Source: Acidobacteriota bacterium
GTDB taxonomy: Bacteria > Acidobacteriota > Thermoanaerobaculia > Multivoradales > UBA5704
Assembly: GCA_040005235.1 (NCBI GenBank)
Contig: JBDTZG010000003.1
Span: forward strand, 64,001 to 128,000
DNA: 64,000 bases
Direction: 5' to 3'
Shown here: one piece after another, positions 46,499 to 56,130 of the stretch
How positions within the stretch are numbered: the stretch's first letter is position 1
Layout of the letters: the number at the start of each line of letters is the position of its first letter
The notes under the pieces: model-generated
What the model saw: only the letters and a program-made list of their open reading frames with translations
Databases searched by the model: none
Told to the model about the DNA's origin: nothing
Translations under genes and position numbers: made by a program

Positions 46499-47482
46499 AT
46501 GATCCACCCTCCTCGGCTTCCCTTACCTCTAAGGGAAAGCTTCCTCCGGCTCTGCCTCGGCGCGACCGCTTTCGCGTCGTTGGTGCTGGCCTCCCCCGCC
46601 CTCGGCTGCTCGATGTGCCGGTGCGGCGATCCCACTTTCAACGCCCTCGGCACGGACGTCTACGCCGAAGGAAACTTCCGCATCGCGCTCGACGGCGAGC
46701 GATTCGAGAAGGAGCAGGCGATCTCCGAAGCTCCCGAGGGCGCGGCGGTCGCCGAAGATCCCGGCCGCGAGAGCCAAACCGAGCGACGGGTGACCGCGAC
46801 GCTCTCGTACGCGTTCGATCGGGTTAACCTCGTCGCCCGCGTCCCCTGGAGCGATCGCTCTCTCAAGACGATCGGCGAGAGCGGCAGCGAGACCTCGAAC
46901 GGCCTCGCCGATCCGGAGTTGTACGCGCTCGTCCGGCTCTGGTCCGCGCCGTTCAAAGGCGATCTCGGCCGCCGCGCCTGGATTTCGGCGGTCGGCGGGG
47001 TCAAAACCCCTTGGGGCGAGAACAACCTCAAGTCGGGCGACGAGCGCCTGGAAGAGCACCTCCAGAGCGGCACCGGCTCGACCGACTGGTTCGGCGGCTT
47101 TTCCGGCGTCTACCTGGTCGATTCGCAGTCGTCGCTGTTCAGCTCGGTCCAATACCGGCGGATGGGCGCGAACGACTTCGGCTACCAATACGGCGACGTC
47201 AAGCTGCTCAACTTCGGCTACGAGAGGAAACTTGGCAAGAGGCTCGACGCGAGCCTGGAAGCCAACTACCGCGACGCCGGAGAAGACCGGATCGACGCCG
47301 AAGAGGGTTTCGATCCGAACACCGGAGGCTCGGTGCTCTATCTCTCCCCCCGCCTCTCCGCCGACTTCGGTCGCGGCCTGGTCGGTCGATTGTCGTTTCA
47401 GATCCCCGTTGCCGACCACCTGGACGGCGACCAGACGGAGAAGACGGTGGCGAATTTCGGGTTGACGTTTCTGGTGCGGTAG
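46499..47482 (+). CDS. Outer-membrane beta-barrel transporter-like protein with N-terminal CxxCxC
   Basis: Signal peptide ending ALG then CSMCRCG; GLADP, GVKTPWG, LQSGTGSTD and NTGGSVLYLSP; alternating beta-strands. Confidence 0.72.
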   Translation: MIHPPRLPLPLRESFLRLCLGATAFASLVLASPALGCSMCRCGDPTFNALGTDVYAEGNFRIALDGERFEKEQAISEAPEGAAVAEDPGRESQTERRVTATLSYAFDRVNLVARVPWSDRSLKTIGESGSETSNGLADPELYALVRLWSAPFKGDLGRRAWISAVGGVKTPWGENNLKSGDERLEEHLQSGTGSTDWFGGFSGVYLVDSQSSLFSSVQYRRMGANDFGYQYGDVKLLNFGYERKLGKRLDASLEANYRDAGEDRIDAEEGFDPNTGGSVLYLSPRLSADFGRGLVGRLSFQIPVADHLDGDQTEKTVANFGLTFLVR

Positions 47483-47626
47483 CGATCGACGGAGGAGGGC
47501 TACCCTTTCAGGTGTCCTCCTCGGCAGGGAATCCTACTTCGAAGCTGGCGCGTCAATCCGACGGAGTTCGAGCCTCTCCCTCTAGAGCCCGTGATAATCT
47601 CAGAACTGTCTACGGAGGCTTCCAAG

Positions 47627-47836
47627 ATGAATCTCACCCTCGAATGCGAGCGCGAAGACGACGGCCGCTGGCTGGCCGAAGTGGTCGATCTACCCGGTGC
47701 TCTCGCATACGGCGGTTCGGCGGATGATGCGATGGCCAAGGCTGAAGCACTTGCGTTGCGCGTCCTGGCGGAGCGGCTGGAACACGGCGAAAGCCGCCCG
47801 ATCGAAATCAGCATCTCGCTCCCCGCCGCCGCATGA
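47627..47836 (+). CDS. hicB: HicB-family antitoxin (short form, no DNA-binding domain)
   Basis: EREDDGRWLAEVVDLPGALAYG...A; GGAGG RBS. Confidence 0.88.
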   Translation: MNLTLECEREDDGRWLAEVVDLPGALAYGGSADDAMAKAEALALRVLAERLEHGESRPIEISISLPAAA

Positions 47837-48045
47837 GCCACTGGCCTTCGGCCAAGGCCAAGAATGTTCTGGCTGCTCTGATCAAGCTCGGCTGGCAGAT
47901 CAAACGCCAGACGGGCTCCCATCGCACGCTGTCCCGCAAAGGCTGGCCCGATTTCGTTTTTGCCTTCCATGATGGCGACGAACTTGGGCCCCGGATGCTC
48001 GCACGCATCGCCAAACATGCGGGGCTTACACCCGCGGATCTGTAA
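47833..48045 (+). CDS. hicA: HicA-family mRNA interferase toxin
   Basis: LGW..KRQTGSHRTL...FAFHDGDELGPRMLARIAK; ATGA overlap with hicB. Confidence 0.9.
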   Translation: MSHWPSAKAKNVLAALIKLGWQIKRQTGSHRTLSRKGWPDFVFAFHDGDELGPRMLARIAKHAGLTPADL

Positions 48046-48235
48046 CGATCAGACCCTATCCCGCTGTCGAGGTGAGGGAAGAGCTACAAGCCAAGGCGAG
48101 GGATTCCGGCTTGTGGGAGACAGTGCATTTCTGTACACCATGTCGGCATTTTACGGCGTAAAATGCCGACAGCGATCGCCATTGCCCAAGTTCCTCTCCG
48201 CGCTCGCGGAGGGGACGCTCTGGCCCTGAGAAGGG

Positions 48236-48706
48236 TCAGCCCAGCCGCCCGCTCCGTACCGCGTGAATAAAATCCACATACGGCGGCTCGTGCCCGGCGC
48301 GGCGCAGGTCGGCGAGGATCTGAGCGCGGTGGTGGATGCCGTGGAAGATCGTCTGGGTAAGGATATCGCCCACAGAGCTGGTCCACGCCTCCCCGAGCGA
48401 GTTGATGTAGGCGACATCCCTCTCTAGATTTCCGGGTTTTAGCGTTTCGATCTGCTCCTGCCAAAGCGCGGCCGCGCCGTCAAGCTCGCGGGCTGTGACG
48501 GGGAGATCGAGCGCCGGCCAGACGGCGAGGGGGCTCGGCTCACCTTTTACCCGCGCGAGCCAGAGCCGGAGAACGCCCGCGATATGAGCGAGCGTCTTCA
48601 CCGCGCCGGACGGCGGCTCGGCCAGGGCGCGCAGGGCGGAAACGACCTCGCGGTTCGCCCAGGCGTCGAAGGCGAAATGGCGGCGGATTTCTTTCAGGCG
48701 ATCCAT
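48236..48706 (-). CDS. DinB-family protein
   Basis: FDAWAN, LAHI and FHGIHHRAQI. Confidence 0.88.
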   Translation of the reverse strand: MDRLKEIRRHFAFDAWANREVVSALRALAEPPSGAVKTLAHIAGVLRLWLARVKGEPSPLAVWPALDLPVTARELDGAAALWQEQIETLKPGNLERDVAYINSLGEAWTSSVGDILTQTIFHGIHHRAQILADLRRAGHEPPYVDFIHAVRSGRLG

Positions 48707-48760
48707 TCGGTGAGCCTATCTCCCTTGAGCGCAACCTTTCTCCCTCTCGTTCCGTACCTC

Positions 48761-48813
48761 TTGACGACAGATGTCGTCACGCGTATCGTTTCTCCTGACG
48801 ACAGATGTAAGCA
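48761..48813 (+). promoter_or_regulatory. Sigma70 promoter with two BlaI/CopY-type operators
   Basis: TTGACG (48761), 17 bp, TATCGT (48784). Palindrome TGACGACA-GA-TGTCGTCA (48762-48779) and second copy TGACGACA-GA-TGTAAGCA (48796-48813) share the ACA-N2-TGT core known for BlaI/MecI/CopY boxes. Confidence 0.8.
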
Positions 48814-48841
48814 ACGCAGCCAGCCGCCCGGGAGAACCGCC

Positions 48842-49249
48842 TTGAGCCAGGACGCAGCCCCAAGCACGAAGTCGATTGGCGATCAGGAAATGGCGCTGCT
48901 GCGCTTCCTCGCGGAGCGGGGCCCGGTGTCGGTCGGCGAGGCGGCCGAAGAATACGGCGCCCCGCGCGATCTCGCTCGCTCTACGGTGCTCACCATGATG
49001 GAGCGGCTGCGCGCCAAAGGCCATCTGGAGCGCGAGCTTGCCGGCGGTGTGTTCCGTTACTCGACGGCTCAGCCGGCGGCGGAGCTGATGCGCGGTCTCG
49101 TCGGCCAGTTCGTCGACCGGGCGCTCGGCGGCTCGGTCTCGCCGTTCGTCAGCTACCTCGCCGAGAAGGGCGAAGTGTCGGAAAGCGAGCTGGCGGAGCT
49201 GGAGCGTTTGGTCGAGCAGCTGCAAGAGAAGCGGAGGGAAGAGGCATGA
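48842..49249 (+). CDS. BlaI/MecI/CopY-family repressor
   Basis: IGDQEMALL...LARSTVLTMMERLRAKGHL...FVDRALGGSVSPFVSYL...SESELAEL; TTG start after GGGAG. Confidence 0.92.
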   Translation: MSQDAAPSTKSIGDQEMALLRFLAERGPVSVGEAAEEYGAPRDLARSTVLTMMERLRAKGHLERELAGGVFRYSTAQPAAELMRGLVGQFVDRALGGSVSPFVSYLAEKGEVSESELAELERLVEQLQEKRREEA

Positions 49250-51054
49250 GCTTCGAGATTCTATTGGCCGGGCTCTCCGCCTCGCTCGCTCCGCTCCTGC
49301 GCGCCACGTTGCTCGGCGGCCTGCTCGCAGCTCTGGTCTGGCTGGTTGCCCGCCGCGGCAGGCGCCTACCCGCGGGTCTCGTCGCCGCACTCTGGTGGGT
49401 GGTGGCGTTCCAATTCCTGTTCGCGCTCGCCTGGCTGGAACCGATCGCGTTGCCGATTTTGCCCGCGCGGCAGCAGATGGCAGCCCCAGCCCTCACCTCC
49501 GGCACCTCTCCCGAGGGGAGAGAGGAGAACAGCAAAAAAGGCCTCGCTTTTCTCCCCCCTCCCGGGTGGGTGGGAGTGCGGGCGGGAGAGGGGCCGGGGG
49601 TGAGGGCTGGCGCGGGCTCCGCTCTCGCCCTCCTCTGGCTGCTCGGTTGCCTGGCCCAGGTTCCGCGGGCGGCGAGGGCGCTTTCCGCCTCCCGATCGCT
49701 TCGCCGCTCGGCGCGACCGGTCGACGACCCCTGTCTCCTCGCCCGGGCCTCTTCGATCGCCTCCCGGCTCGGCCTTTCGAGCGCGCCGCTTCTCGCGGTC
49801 TCCGACGAGGTTTCGGTCCCGCAGGTGATGGGCTTGCTGCGCCCCCTGGTGCTGCTGCCGGCCGATCTGGCCGAAGCGGATCTCGATCTCGCGCTCGGTC
49901 ATGAATTCGCCCATCTGGTGCGCCGCGATCTGTGGCTCGGCCTGGTGCCGGCCCTCGCGGAACGGTTGTTCTTCTTTCACCCCCTCGCCCGACTCGCCGC
50001 CCGGGAGTACGCCCTGGCGCGCGAGGCGGCGTGCGACGCCCGGGTGCTCGACGCGCTCGAAGCTCCCGCCGAACGCTACGGACGCCTGCTGATCCGCTTC
50101 GGCGCGATCCCCCGCCGAGCCGCCTTTGCGGCGACCGGCGCCTCCCCCACGTTTCACCTCTTGAAAAGGAGACTTCTCATGTTGCAGAACCCCACCCCCG
50201 CGGGCCGCCGCGCGCTGCCCTGGCTGGTGCTGGCCGGCGCGATCGGCGTCGTGGCGCTCGCCCCGTTTCGTTTGACGGCCAAGACCGAGGAGCCGCGGCT
50301 GAACGGTCCGACGCCCTCTGTGGTCTCGGCCCAGCTTGCCGATTGGACCGATTCGACCGGCTCGGCCAGCCGGTACGCCTACGCCAAGATGCCCGTGCCA
50401 CCGCCACCTCCCCCGCCGCCGCCGGCCCCTCCCGCACCGCCCGCGCCGCCGAAACCGTCGAAGTCCTCGCACTCGATGAGCTGGAGCAACGACGGCGACG
50501 ATCCTTTCGTCATCCTGCACGGCGACGATTCCACGATGTCTGGCTCGACGAGCGACATCCGGCGCGCCGAAACCCTCCGCAAGGGTGGCGAGGATCTGGT
50601 CTGGTTCCGCCGCGGCGGCCAGGAGTACGTGATCCGCGACGCGGCGACCGTAAAGGCGGCGACGGAAGCGTTCCGCCCGGTCTCCGAGCTGGGCAAGAAG
50701 CAGGGCGAATTGGGAGCGCAGCAGGGCAAGCTCGGCGCGAAACAGGGGTTGCTCGGCGCCAAGCAGGGCGAGCTGGGCGGCAAGCAGGGAGCGCTCGGCG
50801 CCCGCCAGGCGCATGCCGATCGCGACGACGAGAAAGAGGCGGCGGAGATCGAAAAGCAGATGGACGATCTGGGCAACCAGCAGGAAGAGCTTGGGCGTCA
50901 GCAGGAGGAGCTGGGCAAGCAGCAAGAGAAGTTGGGCGATCAGCAGGAGGAGCTGGGACGCCAGCAAGAAGAAGCCTCCCACGCCGCCGAATTGCAGCTC
51001 AAAAAGGTCACCGACGAAGCGGTCGCCCGCGGTCTGGCCGAAAAAGTCCGCTGA
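49246..51054 (+). CDS. BlaR1/M56-family membrane metallopeptidase with Pro-rich linker and heptad-repeat tail
   Basis: PQVMGLLRPLVLLP, HEFAHLVRRD, FFFHPL, REAACD and LKRRL. Tail QGELGAQ/QEELGRQ repeats; no penicillin-binding domain. Confidence 0.92.
   Translation: MSFEILLAGLSASLAPLLRATLLGGLLAALVWLVARRGRRLPAGLVAALWWVVAFQFLFALAWLEPIALPILPARQQMAAPALTSGTSPEGREENSKKGLAFLPPPGWVGVRAGEGPGVRAGAGSALALLWLLGCLAQVPRAARALSASRSLRRSARPVDDPCLLARASSIASRLGLSSAPLLAVSDEVSVPQVMGLLRPLVLLPADLAEADLDLALGHEFAHLVRRDLWLGLVPALAERLFFFHPLARLAAREYALAREAACDARVLDALEAPAERYGRLLIRFGAIPRRAAFAATGASPTFHLLKRRLLMLQNPTPAGRRALPWLVLAGAIGVVALAPFRLTAKTEEPRLNGPTPSVVSAQLADWTDSTGSASRYAYAKMPVPPPPPPPPPAPPAPPAPPKPSKSSHSMSWSNDGDDPFVILHGDDSTMSGSTSDIRRAETLRKGGEDLVWFRRGGQEYVIRDAATVKAATEAFRPVSELGKKQGELGAQQGKLGAKQGLLGAKQGELGGKQGALGARQAHADRDDEKEAAEIEKQMDDLGNQQEELGRQQEELGKQQEKLGDQQEELGRQQEEASHAAELQLKKVTDEAVARGLAEKVR
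49486..49610. repeat. Palindromic REP/RPE-like element lying in frame within the M56 gene
   Basis: Terminal inverted repeats CCAGCCCTCACCTCCGGCACCTCTCCCG / CGGGAGAGGGGCCGGGGGTGAGGGCTGG (26 of 28 complementary). Confidence 0.8.
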
Positions 51055-51242
51055 TCGCCCGCCTCAAACGGCGCCCCGCCGGGCGTCCCTAGCCACCCTT
51101 TCTTTCGTTCCACGTACCGGACCGGAAAGCCCCCGCCGCGGGCCGCCGAGCGACCGCTCTGCCTGCCCGCGGCCTTTTTCGGCCTCCCCCGTCGCTTTAC
51201 CGCCTTCCGGGGGCCGTTTCGCGATACTCTCCAGGGCAACCT

Positions 51243-53069
51243 ATGCCCACTGAAGAAACCACTGCACCCCCAATACCCCCCACGGCTCCAAAGCCCGCCA
51301 GCCTCTCCCCTTCCGAAGCGACCGTCACTTTTCGTGACTTGAACCTTTCGCCTCAAGTACTTCGCGTGCTCGACGACGTCGGCTATGAGTCGCCGACGCC
51401 GATCCAAGCGGCGACGATCCCGCGCATGCTGGCTGGCGACGACGTGGTCGGCCAAGCGCAGACCGGCACCGGCAAGACCGCCGCATTCGCCCTGCCGATC
51501 CTCACCCGCCTCCACCCGAAGGCGTCGAAACCGCAGGCTCTCGTGCTCACCCCCACCCGAGAGCTGGCGATCCAGGTGGCCGAGGCGTTCCAGCGATACG
51601 CCTCGCACGTCACGGGATTTCACGTCCTGCCGATCTACGGCGGCCAGAGCTACGTGCCGCAGCTGTCGGCGCTGCGCCGCGGCGTCCATGTGGTGGTGGG
51701 CACCCCCGGGCGCATCCTCGACCATCTGGAGCGCGGCTCGCTCGACCTTTCCGGGATCACCACGCTGGTGCTCGACGAAGCGGACGAGATGTTGCGCATG
51801 GGGTTCATCGACGACGTCGAGACGATCCTCAAGAAGACCCCCCCGGAGCGCCAGGTCGCCCTGTTCTCGGCCACCATGCCCGCGCCGATCCGCCGGATCG
51901 CCAAGGAGCACCTCAAGAATCCCGTCGAGGTGACGATTCGCGGCACCACCACCAACGCGCCGAAGATCCGCCAGCGTTACTGGCTGGTGAGCGGCCTGCA
52001 CAAGCTCGACGCGCTCACCCGCATTCTGGAGGTCGAGCCGTTCGAGGCGATGATCGTCTTTGCCCGCACTAAGCTCTCGTGCGCCGAGCTGGCCGAGCGC
52101 CTGGAGGCGCGCGGCTTCGCCGCCGCGCCGATCCACGGCGACATGCAGCAGGCGGCGCGCGAAAAGACGATCGCCCGGCTGCGCGACGGCCAGCTCGACA
52201 TCCTGGTCGCGACCGACGTCGCCGCCCGCGGCCTCGACGTCGACCGGGTGAGCCACGTCCTCAACTACGACATCCCGCACGACACCGAGGCGTACATTCA
52301 CCGGATCGGCCGCACCGGCCGCGCGGGCCGCAGCGGCGACGCGATCCTTTTCCTCACCCCGCGCGAGCGCCACATGCTGGCGGCGATCGAGCGCGCGACC
52401 AAGCAGACGATCCAGCCGATGGAGCTGCCGTCGGTCGATGCGGTGAACGATCAGCGGATCGAGAAGTTCAAGCGCCAGATCACCGAGACGCTCGAAAACG
52501 ACGGCCTGGAGCTGTTCCAAAAGCTGGTCGAGCAGTACGAGCAGGAGCACAACGTCCCCGCCGTTGAGATCGCCGCGGCGCTAGCCCGCATGGCGCACGG
52601 CGACACCCCGCTGCTGCTCGAAAAACCGGCTCACCGGCCGCGGGTGGCCCCGCGGGTGGAATCCGCTCCGCAATCCACCCCCTCCGGTTCCCCGTATCCC
52701 CCGGCGTCCTACCAGCCCGAACGCACCGAATACCCGCGTTCGACTCCGCGCGGTGAAAAGCCGAGCGCCCAATCCGGCCCTCCGGCCAGTCGCGAGCCCT
52801 CCCCGGGCCTCGCGAGCTACCGGGTGGAAGTCGGCAACGTCCATGGGGTCAAAGCGGGCAACCTGGTGGGAGCGATCACCAACGAGGCGGGTCTTGAAAG
52901 CCGGCACATCGGCAAGATCGACATCCGCGACGGCTACTCGCTGGTCGAGCTGCCGGTCGGACTCTCGACCGCCACGCTCAAGCACCTACAGAACGTCCGC
53001 GTCGCCGGGCAACGGCTCGCGATCTCGCGCGAGCGCGACCTGCCGAAAAAGCCGCGCCCGACAGGGTAG
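51243..53069 (+). CDS. deaD: DEAD-box RNA helicase DeaD/CsdA with DbpA RNA-binding domain
   Basis: Q motif, AQTGTGKT, PTRELA, TPGR, DEAD, SAT, ARGLD, HRIGRTGRAG; C-terminal YRVEVG...GAITNEAG. Confidence 0.93.
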   Translation: MPTEETTAPPIPPTAPKPASLSPSEATVTFRDLNLSPQVLRVLDDVGYESPTPIQAATIPRMLAGDDVVGQAQTGTGKTAAFALPILTRLHPKASKPQALVLTPTRELAIQVAEAFQRYASHVTGFHVLPIYGGQSYVPQLSALRRGVHVVVGTPGRILDHLERGSLDLSGITTLVLDEADEMLRMGFIDDVETILKKTPPERQVALFSATMPAPIRRIAKEHLKNPVEVTIRGTTTNAPKIRQRYWLVSGLHKLDALTRILEVEPFEAMIVFARTKLSCAELAERLEARGFAAAPIHGDMQQAAREKTIARLRDGQLDILVATDVAARGLDVDRVSHVLNYDIPHDTEAYIHRIGRTGRAGRSGDAILFLTPRERHMLAAIERATKQTIQPMELPSVDAVNDQRIEKFKRQITETLENDGLELFQKLVEQYEQEHNVPAVEIAAALARMAHGDTPLLLEKPAHRPRVAPRVESAPQSTPSGSPYPPASYQPERTEYPRSTPRGEKPSAQSGPPASREPSPGLASYRVEVGNVHGVKAGNLVGAITNEAGLESRHIGKIDIRDGYSLVELPVGLSTATLKHLQNVRVAGQRLAISRERDLPKKPRPTG

Positions 53070-53079
53070 ACACCGGGGT

Positions 53080-53571
53080 TCAGGGCCGAATCCGCACCGG
53101 AGCCTCGCCCGCGCGAAACGTCAACGTTCGGGTCTCGCCGATACCCCGCAGCAGAAGGTGATTCACTTGGGCTTGCTCCGCCTCGAACAGCACGCGGTCG
53201 GCGAGGTCGAAATCCCCGGTGACGCCGGTCACTTTGAAGTAGAGCCACGCCTCGCGGTAGCTCACCTCGCGTCCCAACCACTCTATCGGCAGCGGCTCTC
53301 CCCCGGGAGGGCCGACCGGAGCGACCACGAAGCGGGTCTTCAGATAGTCGACGATCTCGGATTCCGCCTCCGGCGATTCGACCGGAATGCGCCTGCCCGA
53401 CATGCGTTCGAGCGCCGCCTCCAACTCCTCCGGCACGACGGCGAGCGCCACTTCGAGGCAGCCGCAGTCCGCGCGATAATCCACTTCCGCGTGGCTCGCG
53501 TGAAACGGGTGCGCCCGCGCCCCGGCGCTCAGCCACAAGGAAGTAAAAGCCAGAGCCGCCGCTCTCCTCAC
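53080..53571 (-). CDS. DUF6702-like exported protein
   Basis: Signal peptide, then AHPFHAS...WLGRE...WLYF...QVN; GTGA overlap with the M1 peptidase stop. Confidence 0.72.
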   Translation of the reverse strand: MRRAAALAFTSLWLSAGARAHPFHASHAEVDYRADCGCLEVALAVVPEELEAALERMSGRRIPVESPEAESEIVDYLKTRFVVAPVGPPGGEPLPIEWLGREVSYREAWLYFKVTGVTGDFDLADRVLFEAEQAQVNHLLLRGIGETRTLTFRAGEAPVRIRP

Positions 53572-55973
53572 GGCCTTGGTGTGTCCTTGCTGTCCTTGCC
53601 GTCCTTTAGGTCTTGTCGGATCGGGTTGGGCTTCTCCTCCGGCTTGAACAGCTGGAACCGGGTCTTCCCCGGCCGCGAGGGCCAGCCGTTGTTGGAGAGG
53701 TCGCTATCTGCCGTTTCGAGCTTCGGATCGATCTCGATGCCGGTGATCTCTTTGTCCTCGATGAACAGTTTGGTCACCCGCTCCGCGTTGAAACGCCAGA
53801 TCTCGGCCGGGATCACCAGGTCGCGGTGTGTGCCGTCCGCGTAAGTCAACCGCATCGGCAGCGGCGTCACCAACCCGCCCTTGTTCACCAGGTCGACGGC
53901 GAAGAACCGCTTGTTCGAGATGAGAACCTCTTTCTCGGACGCTTCGAGCGAAGCGAGCAGCTTTTGGTAGTCCGCAGAGTCCGTCGGCGTCACCCGATAC
54001 TCATCGAGCTTGTTGTAGAAATCGGCCAGCTCCGGCCGCGCCTCGATCCGCTTCGGCAACGGGGCGTTGCGCTCGGCCGAGAGGGTCTTCGATTGGGCGT
54101 CGTCATACTCCTTCTGGTGTTTCTTCGCCGCGTCCGGATCCTGCGGGTCGAGCACGTACTCGCTCACCCTTTCGATCCCGACGTCGACGTGGCCGGTGCC
54201 GTAGAACCAGCCGCGCCAGAACCAGTCGAGATCGACGCCCGAGGCGTCCTCCATGGTGCGGAAGAAGTCGGCCGGCGTCGGGTGCTTGAACTTCCACCGC
54301 TCTGCGTACTGGCGGAACGCGAAGTCGAACAGTGGACGGCCGAGGATGCTCTCGCGCAGGATGTTGAGCGCGGTCGCCGGCTTGCCGTAAGCGTTGTTGC
54401 CGAATTGGAGCACCGACTCCGAGTTGGTCATGATCGACGTCTGGTCGGCCGATACCATGTAAGAAACGATGTCCTTCGGTTCGCCGCGGCGGGAGGGGTA
54501 GTCTTTCTCCCACGACTGCTCGGCGAGGTATTGGAGGAAGGTGTTCAACCCCTCGTCCATCCAGGTCCATTGCCGCTCGTCGGAGTTGACGATCATCGGG
54601 AAGTAGTTGTGGCCGACCTCGTGGATCACCACCGAGATCAGCCCGTACTTGCTCCGCTTCCAAGTCTTGTCCTTGTCCGACGGCTCGCCCCAGTAGGTCT
54701 TGTCTTCATAGGGGCGCGGCTGGTTGAAGCAGATCATCGGGTATTCCATCCCGCCGACCGGGCCGTTCACCGAGATCGCCACCGGATAGGGAAAATCGAA
54801 GGTGAATTTCGAGTACGTCTCGATCGTGTGCGCGACCGCCTCGGTCGAATATTGGCTCCAGAGCGGATCGCCCTCGTTCGGGAAGAACGACATCGCGAGC
54901 ACCCGGTTCGGACCGCTCTGGACCCCCATCGCGTCCCAGATGAACTTGCGCGAGCTGGCAAACGCCACGTCGCGTACGTTGTCGGCCTTGAAATGCCAGA
55001 CCCGCCGGCCCGGCTCCTTGATGTAGGTACGGCGCTCGCGCGAGGCGGCCTCTTCCGGCGTGACCACGTACAGCGGTTTGTCGCTTTTGGCCGCGCGCGC
55101 GAGCCGGTCGCGCTCAATCGCAGAAAGCACCTCGTTCTGATTCTGGAGCACGCCCGTCGCCGCGACGATGTGATCCTCCGGCACGTCGATCGACAGGTCG
55201 TAATTCCCCAGCTCCAGGGTGAACTCCCCCGAACCGAGGAACTGCTTGTGCTGCCACCCCTGGTAGTCGAGATAGGCGGCCATGCGCGGATAGAACTGGG
55301 CGATCTCGTAGATCGCGTTGCCGTCCTTGAACAGCTCGTACCCGGTGCGGGCGCGGATCTTGGTGCCGTCGATGACGTTGAACGCGAACGCCACGTTGAG
55401 CACGAACGTGCCGCCCGGACCGAGCGGCGCGGGCAGATCGACGCGCATCATCGTCTTCACCTGGGTAGCCCTGAGCGGCGCCCCTTTGGCGTCGGTCACC
55501 GAAGCGATCTCGAAACCGCCCTCGAACCGGCTCATCTCCAGCCGCTGCGCCAGATCGTCGTAGGCCAATTCGTCGAAGCTCGCGGGCGCGGTCTGGGTGA
55601 GCACGTTGTCGCTGTCGGGCCGAAAACGGTTCTGGTCCAGCTGAAGCCACAGGTAGGTCAACGTATGCGGGGAGCGGTTCTGGTAGGTGATCCGCTCTTT
55701 CCCCTCGATCCGCCTTCTCGCGTCGTCCAGCCGCACCTCGATCTTGTAATCCGCCCGCTGCTGCCAGTACGCCGGCCCGGGAGCGCCCGAAGCCAGCCGC
55801 GTCTCGGAAGGCGTGGGCAACAGCCATTCGAGCTGCGCAAACGCCGTCGCCCCGGTGCCCGCCCCGGGAGTCCCCGCCTCCGGCGGTTTGCTCGGCAACG
55901 GCTGCGCGCCCAAGGCACTGGCTAGGGACGCGACGAAACCAAGGAGAACGACCGGACGCCAACGGCTGAGCAT
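53568..55973 (-). CDS. M1-family zinc aminopeptidase, exported
   Basis: PGPAYWQQRADY, GGMEYP, HEVGH...WMDEGLN and NAYGKPA. Confidence 0.93.
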   Translation of the reverse strand: MLSRWRPVVLLGFVASLASALGAQPLPSKPPEAGTPGAGTGATAFAQLEWLLPTPSETRLASGAPGPAYWQQRADYKIEVRLDDARRRIEGKERITYQNRSPHTLTYLWLQLDQNRFRPDSDNVLTQTAPASFDELAYDDLAQRLEMSRFEGGFEIASVTDAKGAPLRATQVKTMMRVDLPAPLGPGGTFVLNVAFAFNVIDGTKIRARTGYELFKDGNAIYEIAQFYPRMAAYLDYQGWQHKQFLGSGEFTLELGNYDLSIDVPEDHIVAATGVLQNQNEVLSAIERDRLARAAKSDKPLYVVTPEEAASRERRTYIKEPGRRVWHFKADNVRDVAFASSRKFIWDAMGVQSGPNRVLAMSFFPNEGDPLWSQYSTEAVAHTIETYSKFTFDFPYPVAISVNGPVGGMEYPMICFNQPRPYEDKTYWGEPSDKDKTWKRSKYGLISVVIHEVGHNYFPMIVNSDERQWTWMDEGLNTFLQYLAEQSWEKDYPSRRGEPKDIVSYMVSADQTSIMTNSESVLQFGNNAYGKPATALNILRESILGRPLFDFAFRQYAERWKFKHPTPADFFRTMEDASGVDLDWFWRGWFYGTGHVDVGIERVSEYVLDPQDPDAAKKHQKEYDDAQSKTLSAERNAPLPKRIEARPELADFYNKLDEYRVTPTDSADYQKLLASLEASEKEVLISNKRFFAVDLVNKGGLVTPLPMRLTYADGTHRDLVIPAEIWRFNAERVTKLFIEDKEITGIEIDPKLETADSDLSNNGWPSRPGKTRFQLFKPEEKPNPIRQDLKDGKDSKDTPRP

Positions 55974-56130
55974 GGTTCGGACCTCGTGGGGAGAGTTGGC
56001 CGCCAAGAGATACGCGGCGCGACGGCGGCAGTTTAGCGCGAGAGCTTTCCTCGGGAGCGCACCCAGTCCGGCGATCCTGGGGAAAGCCCAACCGCGACAG
56101 TTTACGCCCAACTTACGCTATGCTTCCGCC

